From: an uncultured Gemmatimonadales bacterium
GTDB lineage: Bacteria > Gemmatimonadota > Gemmatimonadetes > Gemmatimonadales > GWC2-71-9
Reading direction: 5' to 3'
Length of the DNA: 64,000 nt
NCBI GenBank assembly: GCA_963844035.1
Contig: CAWJMT010000003.1
Location: 96,001 to 160,000 of the forward strand
The translations under genes and the position numbers were made by a program. The first letter of the stretch is position 1, and each line of letters opens with the position of its first letter. The notes below the pieces were generated by a model. That model was not told where the DNA came from. It was given only the letters and a program-made list of their open reading frames with translations, and did not search any database. Positions 10,369-19,603 of this stretch are shown here, piece by piece.

Positions 10369-11175
10369 ATGCACCGACTCACGCTGATTGCTTGCGCCGT
10401 CGTCCTCGGCGCCGCCGGATACGGTCACGCGGCGGGACCTCCGCACGGACGGACGTTTCGGCCGGGCCTCTACCTGGGTTCATGGGCCACTGGAAGCGAC
10501 AATGCGGAAATCCACTGGCTGTTGCTCGCGGTCGAGAAGGAGACCCAGGGGGTTACCTACGATCCGCCGCGGGGTCGGGCGCTGTGCCAGCTCAAGGTCC
10601 AAGGCGATTCGGTGGCGTTCATGACCGGCGAGATGATGGAGAACAACGAGCGATACCAGCTCGCGTTCCGTGGTCTCCTCACCGATTCCGGAATGGCCGG
10701 GACACTGGTCGTCTACAGCCCCCGGTCCGACCCGCTGCTCCTTCCCACCATGTTCAAGCGTGTCGCTTCACCTGAGACCGGTGTGGCAGCGGATACCGCG
10801 GCAGATGGTCTCTATTCGGGCGTCAAGCGTGAGGGGTCGGGCAACCTGAATGGCAATGAGCTCCTCATGCTCAGGACCCGCCGGGGCGTGCTGGCGCTGT
10901 TCACCATCTATGCGGACGTGCCCTTCGGTCCGTCGCTGGCCGACAGCGTGCGGATCCATGGTGACACCGTGGATTTCGTGACGACCATCTGGGGCCCGAC
11001 CGCGCCGTTCTCACGCACGCTTCATCCTGACGCGGCAGGCCGCCGGCCAACCCCTGGAGAAGGGGTACCTGCGCCGCGTGGCCTCCGTTGCCCAGCTGTT
11101 CCAACCCGAGCAAGCGGCGCCGTGTGTGCCACCCGAGGTAGACGGCCGCACCGGCTGGTGAAGCGCCCTCCTTGA
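10369..11175 (+). CDS. Hypothetical secreted beta-rich protein; 3' end may be frameshifted (alternative stop 11161)
   Basis: Signal peptide; two loosely repeated 'GLY.G...D.V.F' halves. Confidence 0.55.
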   Translation: MHRLTLIACAVVLGAAGYGHAAGPPHGRTFRPGLYLGSWATGSDNAEIHWLLLAVEKETQGVTYDPPRGRALCQLKVQGDSVAFMTGEMMENNERYQLAFRGLLTDSGMAGTLVVYSPRSDPLLLPTMFKRVASPETGVAADTAADGLYSGVKREGSGNLNGNELLMLRTRRGVLALFTIYADVPFGPSLADSVRIHGDTVDFVTTIWGPTAPFSRTLHPDAAGRRPTPGEGVPAPRGLRCPAVPTRASGAVCATRGRRPHRLVKRPP

Positions 11176-11191
11176 CTACGCGGAGTACGTC

Positions 11192-12535
11192 GTGATCAAC
11201 CAGAACTGGTGGTTCACCACCCTGCTGTGGAAGCAGTTCAAGCACTGTCCGCCACTGAATCGCGCGATCCGGTGTGACGTGGCGATCGTCGGCGGCGGGC
11301 TGAGCGGCGTCAGCGCCGCGGCGGAGTTCGTGCGGCAGGGGTACAGCGTCGTGTTGATCGAAAAGAACATCCTCGGCGGCAGCTCCACCGGCCGCAGTGC
11401 CGGGTTTCTCACGCCCGACAGCGAGCTGGAATTGCACCAGCTGGTGCGTCGCTACGGCCTCGAAGCCGCCAGGGAAATCTGGGATATGCCGGTCCGGGGC
11501 ATCGACCGACTCGTCCAGGGGATCAAGACCCACGAGATCGAGTGCGGGCTCCTCGAGCAGGATTCGCTGTTTCTGGGCATCGGCGCGGGCGGCAAGAAAG
11601 CCGTGGCGTCGGAGCTGGAGTGCCGCCAGAGCGTCGGATTCACCGATCAGGAGGTCTACGATCAGCAGGAGTTGAAGCGCGTGATCGGTGCGGAGGGATA
11701 CACCGCCGGGCTCCGCTACACCGGGACCTACGGGATCAACCCGCTGCTGTGTATGCAAGGGTTCAAGGATGTGTTGATAGAGCACGGCACGCAGGTGTTC
11801 GAAAGCACCGAGATGGAGCGCCTGGACGATCACACGCTGTACACCCACGGTGGGAGCGTCACAGCCGACCGGATCATCATCGCGGTGGACAAGATGCCGC
11901 GCTCGATCAGTTCGCTCGCCGACGAACTGTTCCACGCCCAAACATTCATGAGCGTGACCGAGCCGCTGACCGACCAGGAGCTACGCCTGCTGTTCCCGAG
12001 CGGGAGACAGATGCAGTGCTGGGATTCGAGCCTCGTGTACTCGTACTACCGCTTGACGGGTGACAACCGGCTGGTGCTGGGCGGCGGCACCGCGCTGACC
12101 ACGTTTCTCAGGGAGGCGTACAACGACCACAGGGTGATCGGCAAAGTCATCAGGCATTTTAAACGGCACTTCCCGTTCCTGAAGGATCTCTCCTTCATCC
12201 AGTTCTGGCCGGGGCTCATCGACACCACGCGGGATCTCTTGCCAATCATCGTCAAGCCGCCGACCCAGCCGCACCTGCAGTTCATCCTGGGGATCGTGGG
12301 GCTCCCCTGGGCTGCCTTCGCCGGCAGCTTTGCCGCGCGCAACATTCTCGGCTCAGGCGACGACGACTACAAGAAATACTACCCGTACTTCACGAACCGC
12401 CGGCACTTTGCCTTCCCGGCGGGCCTGGCGAAGATCATCGGGAAGCCGGCGCTGTTCTCGCTGAGCAACGGGTGGGCAAAGTTCTATCAGGTGGACTCGC
12501 ATCGAAAACCCGAAGCCGTGAAGGATGAGTTCTAA
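11192..12535 (+). CDS. FAD-dependent oxidoreductase, DAO/PuuB-like
   Basis: 'DVAIVGGGLSG', 'GGSSTGRSAG', 'YYRLT.DNRLVLGG', 'W.GLID.TRD.LP'. Confidence 0.9.
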   Translation: MINQNWWFTTLLWKQFKHCPPLNRAIRCDVAIVGGGLSGVSAAAEFVRQGYSVVLIEKNILGGSSTGRSAGFLTPDSELELHQLVRRYGLEAAREIWDMPVRGIDRLVQGIKTHEIECGLLEQDSLFLGIGAGGKKAVASELECRQSVGFTDQEVYDQQELKRVIGAEGYTAGLRYTGTYGINPLLCMQGFKDVLIEHGTQVFESTEMERLDDHTLYTHGGSVTADRIIIAVDKMPRSISSLADELFHAQTFMSVTEPLTDQELRLLFPSGRQMQCWDSSLVYSYYRLTGDNRLVLGGGTALTTFLREAYNDHRVIGKVIRHFKRHFPFLKDLSFIQFWPGLIDTTRDLLPIIVKPPTQPHLQFILGIVGLPWAAFAGSFAARNILGSGDDDYKKYYPYFTNRRHFAFPAGLAKIIGKPALFSLSNGWAKFYQVDSHRKPEAVKDEF

Positions 12536-13376
12536 GGCGCTGTGGGCCGCCCTGGCCCTGATTGCCTTCGCCGCCAACTCGTTGCTCTGCCGTCTCGCCC
12601 TCGCTCGCGGTTCGATCGACCCGGCCAGTTTCACGACCATACGGCTCGTCGCCGGCGCCGTCACACTCGCTGTGCTGGCCCGGCTCGCATCGCCGGCGGG
12701 CGCGCCGGCCGAGCCCTCATGGACCTCGGCCGGTCTGTTGTTCCTGTACGCCGCGCCCTTCTCGTTCGCCTACGGTACGCTCAGCACCGGGACGGGCGCG
12801 CTGTTGCTCTTCGGCGCAGTGCAGATCACGATGATCCTTGGCGCGCTCCGCGCGGGCGATCGTCCCAACGCGGCACAGTGGCTGGGCTTCGGGATCGCCT
12901 TCGGCGGTCTCGTGTATCTCGTGCTCCCCGGGATCACTGCACCGTCCCCGCTCGGTGCATCGCTGATGCTGTTGGCAGGGCTTGCATGGGGGCTGTACTC
13001 GCTGCGGGGTCGGGGGGCGCCTAATCCGCTCGCCCAGACGGCGAGCAACTTCGCGCGCACCGTACCGATGGTGCTCGCTCTCAGCCTGATCGCCCACAGC
13101 GCCCGCCATGTCGAGTCCCGGGGTGTGGTCCTCGCGCTGCTATCCGGAGCGCTCGCGTCTGGCGTCGGCTACGTCGTGTGGTACCAGGCCCTCGCATACC
13201 TGTCGGGAATCACCGCCTCGATCGTGCAGCTCGCGGTACCTGTTCTCGCGGCCGGGGGCGGAGTCCTTGTGCTCGACGAGCAGATCACGCTGCGCCTCGG
13301 GCTGGCTGCGCTGCTGGTGCTTGGCGGAGTCGCGTTGACCGTCCTGACGCGCCCGCGGGCCCGTGACACCGCCTAG
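12525..13376 (+). CDS. DMT/EamA family transporter
   Basis: About 10 TM helices, 'AFAANSLLCRLAL', 'SGALASGVGY..WY'. Confidence 0.9.
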   Translation: MSSKALWAALALIAFAANSLLCRLALARGSIDPASFTTIRLVAGAVTLAVLARLASPAGAPAEPSWTSAGLLFLYAAPFSFAYGTLSTGTGALLLFGAVQITMILGALRAGDRPNAAQWLGFGIAFGGLVYLVLPGITAPSPLGASLMLLAGLAWGLYSLRGRGAPNPLAQTASNFARTVPMVLALSLIAHSARHVESRGVVLALLSGALASGVGYVVWYQALAYLSGITASIVQLAVPVLAAGGGVLVLDEQITLRLGLAALLVLGGVALTVLTRPRARDTA

Positions 13377-13386
13377 CACGCGCTAA

Positions 13387-13431
13387 CACCAAAGTGCAAT
13401 GTCGGGTTCGCGCGACCTGAAGCATCATCGG
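13387..13431 (+). promoter_or_regulatory. Copy 2 of the 45-bp duplicated intergenic element with -10-like CATCAT (13423-13428)
   Basis: CACCAAAGTGCAATGTCGGGTT-N13-GCATCATCGG, same spacing as copy 1. Confidence 0.6.
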
Positions 13432-13490
13432 GGAGGCCGCCCAGCGGTGCAACCTTCTCACCGATCAACGGAGACCGAAAGACACACGCT

Positions 13491-13943
13491 ATGAAAATGA
13501 TCACGCCTATCGCATCGCTCGCGGTACTGGTCCTCGTCGCTGGCTGCATGCACCCACCCAAGTACGTGCCGCCACGACCGGAAGTGCCCGTGGCCGCGTC
13601 GTTCGGCCGCACCTGGGACGCCGCCCTCGCCGCGCTCGCCGCGCGGAAGATCACAGTGAATGTCGACCGCAACGGTGGAATGATCATGTCCATCGGCTTG
13701 TCGGTGGCCGAGAACGACTCCTCCTGGACGAGCTGCGGCACGGCGGGAGTCAACGCGCGGGTGATGCGACCGGAGATCGTGCGATACAAGGTGATGGTGA
13801 AGGGCGACAGTACCAAGTCGACGCTGAAAGCCGAGGCGATGTTCGGCAGCGACGCGGGTCTGCTGGTGGCGCAGTGCCCCAGCAAGGGAACTTGGGAAGC
13901 GGAGTTCGAGGCGGAGGTCAAGAGCAAGGCGGAGCAGCCCTAG
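13491..13943 (+). CDS. Hypothetical lipoprotein
   Basis: Lipobox VAGC; second Cys pair 'SCG' and 'CPSKG.WE'. Confidence 0.75.
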   Translation: MKMITPIASLAVLVLVAGCMHPPKYVPPRPEVPVAASFGRTWDAALAALAARKITVNVDRNGGMIMSIGLSVAENDSSWTSCGTAGVNARVMRPEIVRYKVMVKGDSTKSTLKAEAMFGSDAGLLVAQCPSKGTWEAEFEAEVKSKAEQP

Positions 13944-13992
13944 CGGTGAACCCAGCAGGCTAGACCCAACGGACGATTTGCAGGCAGCCGCG

Positions 13993-14038
13993 CCCTCTGC
14001 ACATTGCGTGCAGAGGGGCGGGCAGGCCTTTCCTTTTC
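13993..14038 (+). terminator. Perfect 10-bp hairpin followed by pyrimidine tract
   Basis: CCCTCTGCAC-ATTGC-GTGCAGAGGG then CCTTTCCTTTTC. Confidence 0.45.
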
Positions 14039-14082
14039 ACAGGAGACCCAGTGCTGCCCTCGCTGGCAACGAGGAGTCCGCC

Positions 14083-16287
14083 ATGAGGATCGCACGCTAT
14101 GTGACGCCGGCCCTGTTGCTGGCGCTCATTCCCACCGCCGGTTTCACCAACCAGTCATACCAGGACCCGTCGTCACGCGTTGGACGCCTGAGCTTCCTCG
14201 GCGGTCCGGTGTCGTTGCGTCCAGGAGGAGTGGACGAGTGGACGGACGCGACGATCAACTACCCGCTCACTGCAGGTGACGAGCTCTGGGCCGACGCCAA
14301 CGGCCAGACCGAGATCACTATGGACGGGAGCGCGCTCCGGCTCGCCCCCAATACGTCCTTCGGGTTCCTGGCACTCGACGACCAGACGACGCAGGTCCGC
14401 CTCTCTCAGGGATCGCTCCAGGTGCGCCTGCGCGACCTGGACCGCGATGAGACCTTCGAGATCGACACCCCGAATGGTGCGGTGTCGCTGCTGCGGTCGG
14501 GCACGTACCGTGTCGACGTGGCATCGAGCGGGGATGAGACGACGGTCACGGTGCGTGAGGGCGAAGTGGAGTTCACCGCGGCGCGGGGTGCCTTCTCGGT
14601 CAACGCGGGGGAAACCGCCGTCGTGTCCGGCATCGACTCGCCCACCTACGACATCCTCGATGCGCGCGGCCCGGACGCTTGGGATCAGTGGTGTGCCAAC
14701 CGGGACCGCCGCCGCGACCAGTCCCGCTCGGCGCAGTATGTCTCCCGCGACATGCCCGGGTACGAAGACCTCGACGACTACGGCGACTGGAGTCAGACGC
14801 CGGACTACGGAGCCGTATGGATGCCGCGCCGCGTCAGCGCGGACTGGGCACCGTACCGCGACGGCCGCTGGGTGTGGGTGGATCCGTGGGGATGGACGTG
14901 GGTGGACGAAGCCCCGTGGGGGTTCGCGCCGTTTCACTACGGTCGCTGGGCACAGTTCGGCGGACGCTGGGGCTGGGTCCCGGGACATGTGGTCGCGCGG
15001 CCGGTGTATGCGCCCGCGCTCGTAGTGTTCGTGGGCGGCGCAAACTGGAGCGTGTCGGTGGCGGTCGGGGGTGGCGACGTCGGGTGGTTCGCCCTGGCGC
15101 CGAACGAGATGTACGTCCCTGCGTATCACGTGAGTCAGACCTACGTGCGGAATATCAACGTCACCAACGTCACGAACATCACCGTCGTCGACACAAAGAA
15201 CTACAAGTATCGCAACCGCGAGGCACCCGGTGGTGTCACCGTGGTCTCACGGGAAACGTTCGTGGGCGCGGCACCTGTCAACCGCGGCCGGGTCGCCGTC
15301 GAGCGCGACCGGCTGAGTACGGCGCCTGTGGTAGAGGCGGCTCCCTACGCGCCGACCCGGCAGAGTGTAACGGCCTCCAACGGACGGCCGGCGCGTCAGC
15401 CGCCCTCCGCACCCATCAACCGGCGCGTGGTGGTTCACAACACCCCGCCTCCCGCGCCCGTGCCGTTCAGCGTTCGGGAAGAGGCGCTGCAGGCCAAGCC
15501 GGGTCGCCCGCTCGACCCTGCCACCGTCGCCACGTTGCGGGGGCGCGGCGCTGGGACTGACGTGAACCGCGTCCGTCCCGCCACGAGTGACGGCGGAGCG
15601 GCGCTCAAGCCCGCGCGCGGTGGACTGCCCCAACCTCGCGCGGCGACTCCGGCGGGTGCCAAGCACCAGCCCGAACGTGCTGCTCCGCCAGCGCGACCGG
15701 CACCGTCCGCCGCGCAGCCGACAGGCCACACCGATGCAGCCCGCGCAGCCGGCAGCCCAGAAGCCCGCGCCACCCGCGAGGCAACCGCAGCCCGAGCAAC
15801 CCTCGGCGCGGGGCCATGAGAAGCAAGGCAACGCAGAAGCGCAGCAAGGGAAGCCCGCGCAGGCGCCGCCCGCGCAGCAGGGGCAAGAGAAGCCAGGCAA
15901 CGCCGCGGAGCGGCAAGCGCGGAAGCCCGCGCAGGGACCCGCGCCGCGCAGCAGGGGCAGCAGCAGGGGCAACAGAAGCAAGACAACCCTGCGGCGCAGC
16001 AGCACGGGAAGCCTGCACAGGGACCGCCCGCGCAGCAGGGGCAGCAGCAGGGGCAACAGAAGCAAGACAACCCTGCGGCGCAGCAGCACGGGAAGCCTGC
16101 GCAGGGACCGCCCGCGCAGCAGGGGCAGGGGCAACAGAAGCAAGACAACCCTGCGGCACAGCAGCACGGGAAGCCTGCGCAGGAGCCGCCCGCGCAGCAG
16201 GGGCAAGGGAAGAAGGACAACCCAGCAGCGCAGCAGCAGGGGCATCAGAAGAAGGACACGTCAGGGACCCACGGACACAAACCGTGA
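14083..16287 (+). CDS. Secreted FecR-like + DUF6600 protein with Pro/Gln-rich repeat tail; compensating frameshifts near 15710 and 15940
   Basis: 'INYPLT.GD.LW', 'EIDTPN', 'WAPYRDGRWVWVDPWGWTWVDEAPWGFAPFHYGRW'; tail ends ..HGHKP* at 16287. Confidence 0.8.
15944..16245 (+). repeat. Coding tandem repeat, 84/84/78-bp units plus partial
   Basis: Units start at 15944, 16028, 16112, 16190; encode PAQQGQQQGQQKQDNPAAQQHGKPAQGP. Confidence 0.9.
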
Positions 16288-16429
16288 TCGGCATGAGTTG
16301 GGCGCCGCGATCTGAATCCGGAGTGCGCTGAACAAGGGAGGGGCGGGGAAGACACCGTCCTTGCGCCCCGTCGCGAGTCGTCCGCAGCTTAGGTCCGATC
16401 ATGGCTACCAAGAAGGTCGTGGTGCGCTG

Positions 16430-17131
16430 ATGCGTTGGCCGGCGAAGCACCGTGAGGGGCACCGCGGCGGACGCGTCGGCTGGTTACGCGCCGCGGTGCT
16501 CGGCGCCAATGACGGCCTGATCTCCACCAGCAGCCTGGTGGTCGGCGTGGCGTCCGCCGAGCCGAGCCGCGCGGCGATCCTGCTCGCCGCGGTTGCGGGC
16601 CTCGTCGCGGGCGCGCTGTCGATGGCCGCCGGCGAGTACGTCTCCGTCAGCTCCCAGTCCGATACTGAGCGCGCCGATCTGACGCGGGAACGTCGTGAGC
16701 TTGCCGCGTCGCCCGAGGCGGAGCGCGCGGAGTTGGCGGGGATCTACGTGGGCCGGGGTCTCAGCCGCGAGCTCGCCGCGCAGGTCGCCGATCAGCTCAT
16801 GGCCCATGACGCGTTGGGGGCGCACGCCCGGGACGAGCTCGGCATTCATGAGATGACGCGGGCCCGTCCCATTCAGGCCGCGCTGGCGTCGGCGGTCGCG
16901 TTCGCGGTCGGGGCCGCACCGCCCACGCTGCTGGCGGCGCTGCTCGCGGGCGGGGGCCTCACACGGACGGTCGTGATGGTGACGCTGGCGCTGCTCCTCG
17001 TGCTCGGCGGCGTCGCCGCTTACCTGGGCGGTGCGTCGCTCACCCGCGGCGCCGTGCGCGTCGCATTCTGGGGCGGCGTGGCCATGGCCTGTAGCGCCGG
17101 TGTCGGGCGTCTCTTTGGCGCGGTTGGGTAG
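16430..17131 (+). CDS. VIT1/CCC1 family Fe/Mn transporter
   Basis: 'WLRAAVLGANDGLIS', 'SMAAGEYVSVSSQ', 'AHARDELG'. Confidence 0.93.
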   Translation: MRWPAKHREGHRGGRVGWLRAAVLGANDGLISTSSLVVGVASAEPSRAAILLAAVAGLVAGALSMAAGEYVSVSSQSDTERADLTRERRELAASPEAERAELAGIYVGRGLSRELAAQVADQLMAHDALGAHARDELGIHEMTRARPIQAALASAVAFAVGAAPPTLLAALLAGGGLTRTVVMVTLALLLVLGGVAAYLGGASLTRGAVRVAFWGGVAMACSAGVGRLFGAVG

Positions 17132-17140
17132 GGAACGCGC

Positions 17141-17635
17141 ATGAGTGCCCGGCCCTTGCCTCCCGGTCCCACGCCCAGACCCCAGACCTCGCAGGGGATG
17201 CCGCACGCGCAGATCGGCGTGACGCCCGACTCGGGCGTCGACCGCGAGCTGCGGCGGCGCGCCTACGCCTTGCCCGGGGTGCTCGACCGGCCCACCGTCA
17301 TTTCCGTCCCGGGTGCGCGGGCGCTCTGGCTCGCCGACGACATAGACCTACAGCGGCCCGAGCTCATCCTGCGCGGTCGCGAGTTTGCACACATTCACCC
17401 TGACGGCAGCCTGCACGCGATCTTGCCCGAGCCGCGGGCCCGAGAAGCCATTGCCGCGGGTTGGGCCGAACAGCATCCGATCGCCGTACAGCTGGGAATG
17501 CCGGGGTTGGTGCTGCTGTACACTCCCCACACCATGAACGAGCTGGACGCGGTGTTTGCGCTCGTCGTGGACTCGTACAATTTCGTCACCGGCCGATCGA
17601 TCGATGCGGCGACGCTCGCGGCCCCCGGGCGTTGA
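17141..17635 (+). CDS. DUF5519 ('luciferase family') protein
   Basis: 'REFAHIHPDGSLH', 'GWAEQHP', 'LYTP...EL'. Confidence 0.8.
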   Translation: MSARPLPPGPTPRPQTSQGMPHAQIGVTPDSGVDRELRRRAYALPGVLDRPTVISVPGARALWLADDIDLQRPELILRGREFAHIHPDGSLHAILPEPRAREAIAAGWAEQHPIAVQLGMPGLVLLYTPHTMNELDAVFALVVDSYNFVTGRSIDAATLAAPGR

Positions 17636-18195
17636 CTATCGGGCACCGAGGGGCGGACGCTGTCGTGCTGGAGCTGGCCACGCCCGACACCGCTCCGTTG
17701 CTCTCCAACCTCCTCGCGCTCTACATGCAGGACATGAGCGAGATCTTCCCCGTCGCCGTCGGGGCGGATGGCCGGTTCGAGTACGGCAACCTGCCGCTGT
17801 ATTGGTCGGAGCCCCACAGGCGCTTCGCGTTCCTGATTCGCTCGGGCCCGCAGCTGGCCGGGTTCGCACTTGCCACCAGGGGCTCGCCGGCGAGCGACGA
17901 TCCCACGGTGCTTGACGTCGCGGAATTCTTCGTGCTCCCGGACTGGCGTCGCACCGGAGTTGGCCGCCAGGCCGCATTTCTGCTCTGGGATCGGCTCCCG
18001 GGGCAGTGGGTGGTCCGGGTCTCGGAGGCGAATCGCACCGCGCTCCCGTTCTGGCAGGCGGCCGTGCGTCAATACACGGACGGTGCCTTCTCCGAGATGG
18101 TTCGCCCCGGAGACCCGCACGGCTGGCGGGTGTTCACGTTCCGCACGGCGACCCCAAGCGCGAGCCAAGCTCGGCGCACACGCCTGATCCCATGA
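17632..18195 (+). CDS. GNAT acetyltransferase
   Basis: 'EFFVL..WRRTGVGR', 'N..A..FW'; TTG start overlaps upstream TGA. Confidence 0.85.
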   Translation: MTIGHRGADAVVLELATPDTAPLLSNLLALYMQDMSEIFPVAVGADGRFEYGNLPLYWSEPHRRFAFLIRSGPQLAGFALATRGSPASDDPTVLDVAEFFVLPDWRRTGVGRQAAFLLWDRLPGQWVVRVSEANRTALPFWQAAVRQYTDGAFSEMVRPGDPHGWRVFTFRTATPSASQARRTRLIP

Positions 18196-18446
18196 GAGAA
18201 TTCCACATCACGATCGATATCGCCGCTCCCGCCGAGCGGGTCTGGCAGGTGATGCGGGTCGTGGCCCGACATGGGGTCGAGTCCACGGCCGCCGGGAGCC
18301 GGGCGACGCTGTCGCTCGAGCTGCAGGGGATCTTTGGCGGCCTGTTTGGGTGGATAACGGGAGCCATCACGGAGCGATATCTTGGCTTCGAGGCGAACGG
18401 CCTCAAGACGCGCAGCGAGAACCCCGGATTCAGGAGGATCACATGA
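18192..18446 (+). pseudogene. SRPBCC/polyketide cyclase-like gene with in-frame internal deletion
   Basis: N-terminal 'ITIDIAAPAERVWQVM' joined directly to C-terminal 'RVVARHGVE..GSRATLSL..EANGLK.RSE'; only 84 aa. Confidence 0.65.
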
Positions 18447-18592
18447 AAAAGAACCTCGGTCTATTGCTGCTGGGGATTTGGCTCATCATCCATGGCCTGA
18501 CTCAGGTGGTCAACTTCCATTTCGAAGGCCTGGGTATGGTGATGGCCATCCTGGCCATCGTGGCTGGCGCGTTGATTGTGGTGGGCCGGTAA
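18443..18592 (+). CDS. 49-aa two-helix membrane protein
   Basis: AGGAGG RBS, ATGA overlap, 'NLGLLLLGIWLI..GL...LAIVAG.LIVVGR'. Confidence 0.75.
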   Translation: MKKNLGLLLLGIWLIIHGLTQVVNFHFEGLGMVMAILAIVAGALIVVGR

Positions 18593-18689
18593 GGGATCGG
18601 CCGGCCGCTAGGTCCTCTCGGGGCGCAGGTCGTCGCGGATGTGATGTGGGTCGTGGTTGCCGGGTGCTTGACTGGGTAGAATTGCAGCC

Positions 18690-19223
18690 ATGCATTTTCA
18701 CCTGGCCCAGGGTCTGCGCTTCCTGTCCCTCTCGGTGGGCTTGGCGATCGCGCTGATCCCTGCGTCCGCCGCGGGACAGACGTCCAGCTCCTCTCGCAGC
18801 GACGTCGTCTGGCACTGGTACGGCGACTGCGCGGGCGGCGACTCGCTGGTGCTGGAGATCAAGTTCGACGGCAAAGATCTCTATGCCACGACCTTTCCAG
18901 TGTGTAAGGTCCGCCGCGGTCAGATCAAGCCGGAGCCGGAACAACGCCTGATCAAGGTCCGGTTCACCGCGCTGCCCAAGCGATTTCGAGCCTCGAACAA
19001 AGCGCCTGAGCCCGTTCCGATCACCTGCGCGATATGGGAATCGCGCGGGGACGGCAACTCGATACGGTTCGGCGTCCAGTTCGCCACGAAGGACGAGTCG
19101 CTGCTCAACACCAATCACCCGGCGCGCATCGATATCGCGACGCGGACCGAGCGGGTGCGGGGGTTCGTGATCGACACACGCCCGGTGCGGCGCAGCAACA
19201 AGAAGCCGGCCCCGGCCAAGTAG
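18690..19223 (+). CDS. Hypothetical secreted protein
   Basis: Signal peptide; TAGAAT 7 nt upstream of ATG. Confidence 0.65.
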   Translation: MHFHLAQGLRFLSLSVGLAIALIPASAAGQTSSSSRSDVVWHWYGDCAGGDSLVLEIKFDGKDLYATTFPVCKVRRGQIKPEPEQRLIKVRFTALPKRFRASNKAPEPVPITCAIWESRGDGNSIRFGVQFATKDESLLNTNHPARIDIATRTERVRGFVIDTRPVRRSNKKPAPAK

Positions 19224-19230
19224 CGGCCGC

Positions 19231-19542
19231 CTAGCCCTCGAGCTTGTAGATCTCTCGGCGCCCGAAGTCCACCAGGTCGTGGTAGCCCTTCATGATATTC
19301 TCGAATTCCTTCTGACTCTCGGGGCTCTGCCCCTGGCCCGACATCATGGCCTCGAACGCCTGCATGCTCGGGACCTCGAATTCCGACACGATCGTCCAGT
19401 AGCGCTCCGCACACACGTCGGTCATGACGCGCATTTTGCCCTGTCCCATCTTGTCCATCAGCTTGCTCATCGCGAGGAATTTCTCGACCAGCGGGCGCAC
19501 TTTGCCCGGCTTGCAGAACATGACTTCGCGGATCAATAGCAT
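19231..19542 (-). CDS. Small dimeric alpha/beta-barrel (NIPSNAP-like) protein
   Basis: AGGAGG RBS; 'IREVMFCKPGKV', 'YHDLVD.GRREIY'. Confidence 0.75.
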   Translation of the reverse strand: MLLIREVMFCKPGKVRPLVEKFLAMSKLMDKMGQGKMRVMTDVCAERYWTIVSEFEVPSMQAFEAMMSGQGQSPESQKEFENIMKGYHDLVDFGRREIYKLEG

Positions 19543-19603
19543 GGGGCCTCCTGGGGCGGGTGGCGCGACCTTGTAGCGAGAGGGTAAAAACTGCACCGCG
19601 ACC

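Noticed and set aside
15944..16245. CRISPR array
   Set aside because: Whole units repeat with no unique spacers, lengths are multiples of 3, and no cas genes are present; it is a coding repeat
16288..16429. yybP-ykoY Mn riboswitch or attC site before VIT1
   Set aside because: Lacks GGGGAGTAGC; only an attC-like CCGCAGCTTA fragment without paired RYYYAAC/GTTRRRY ends
17141..17635. Bioluminescence luciferase
   Set aside because: DUF5519-type small domain, not LuxAB; no lux genes
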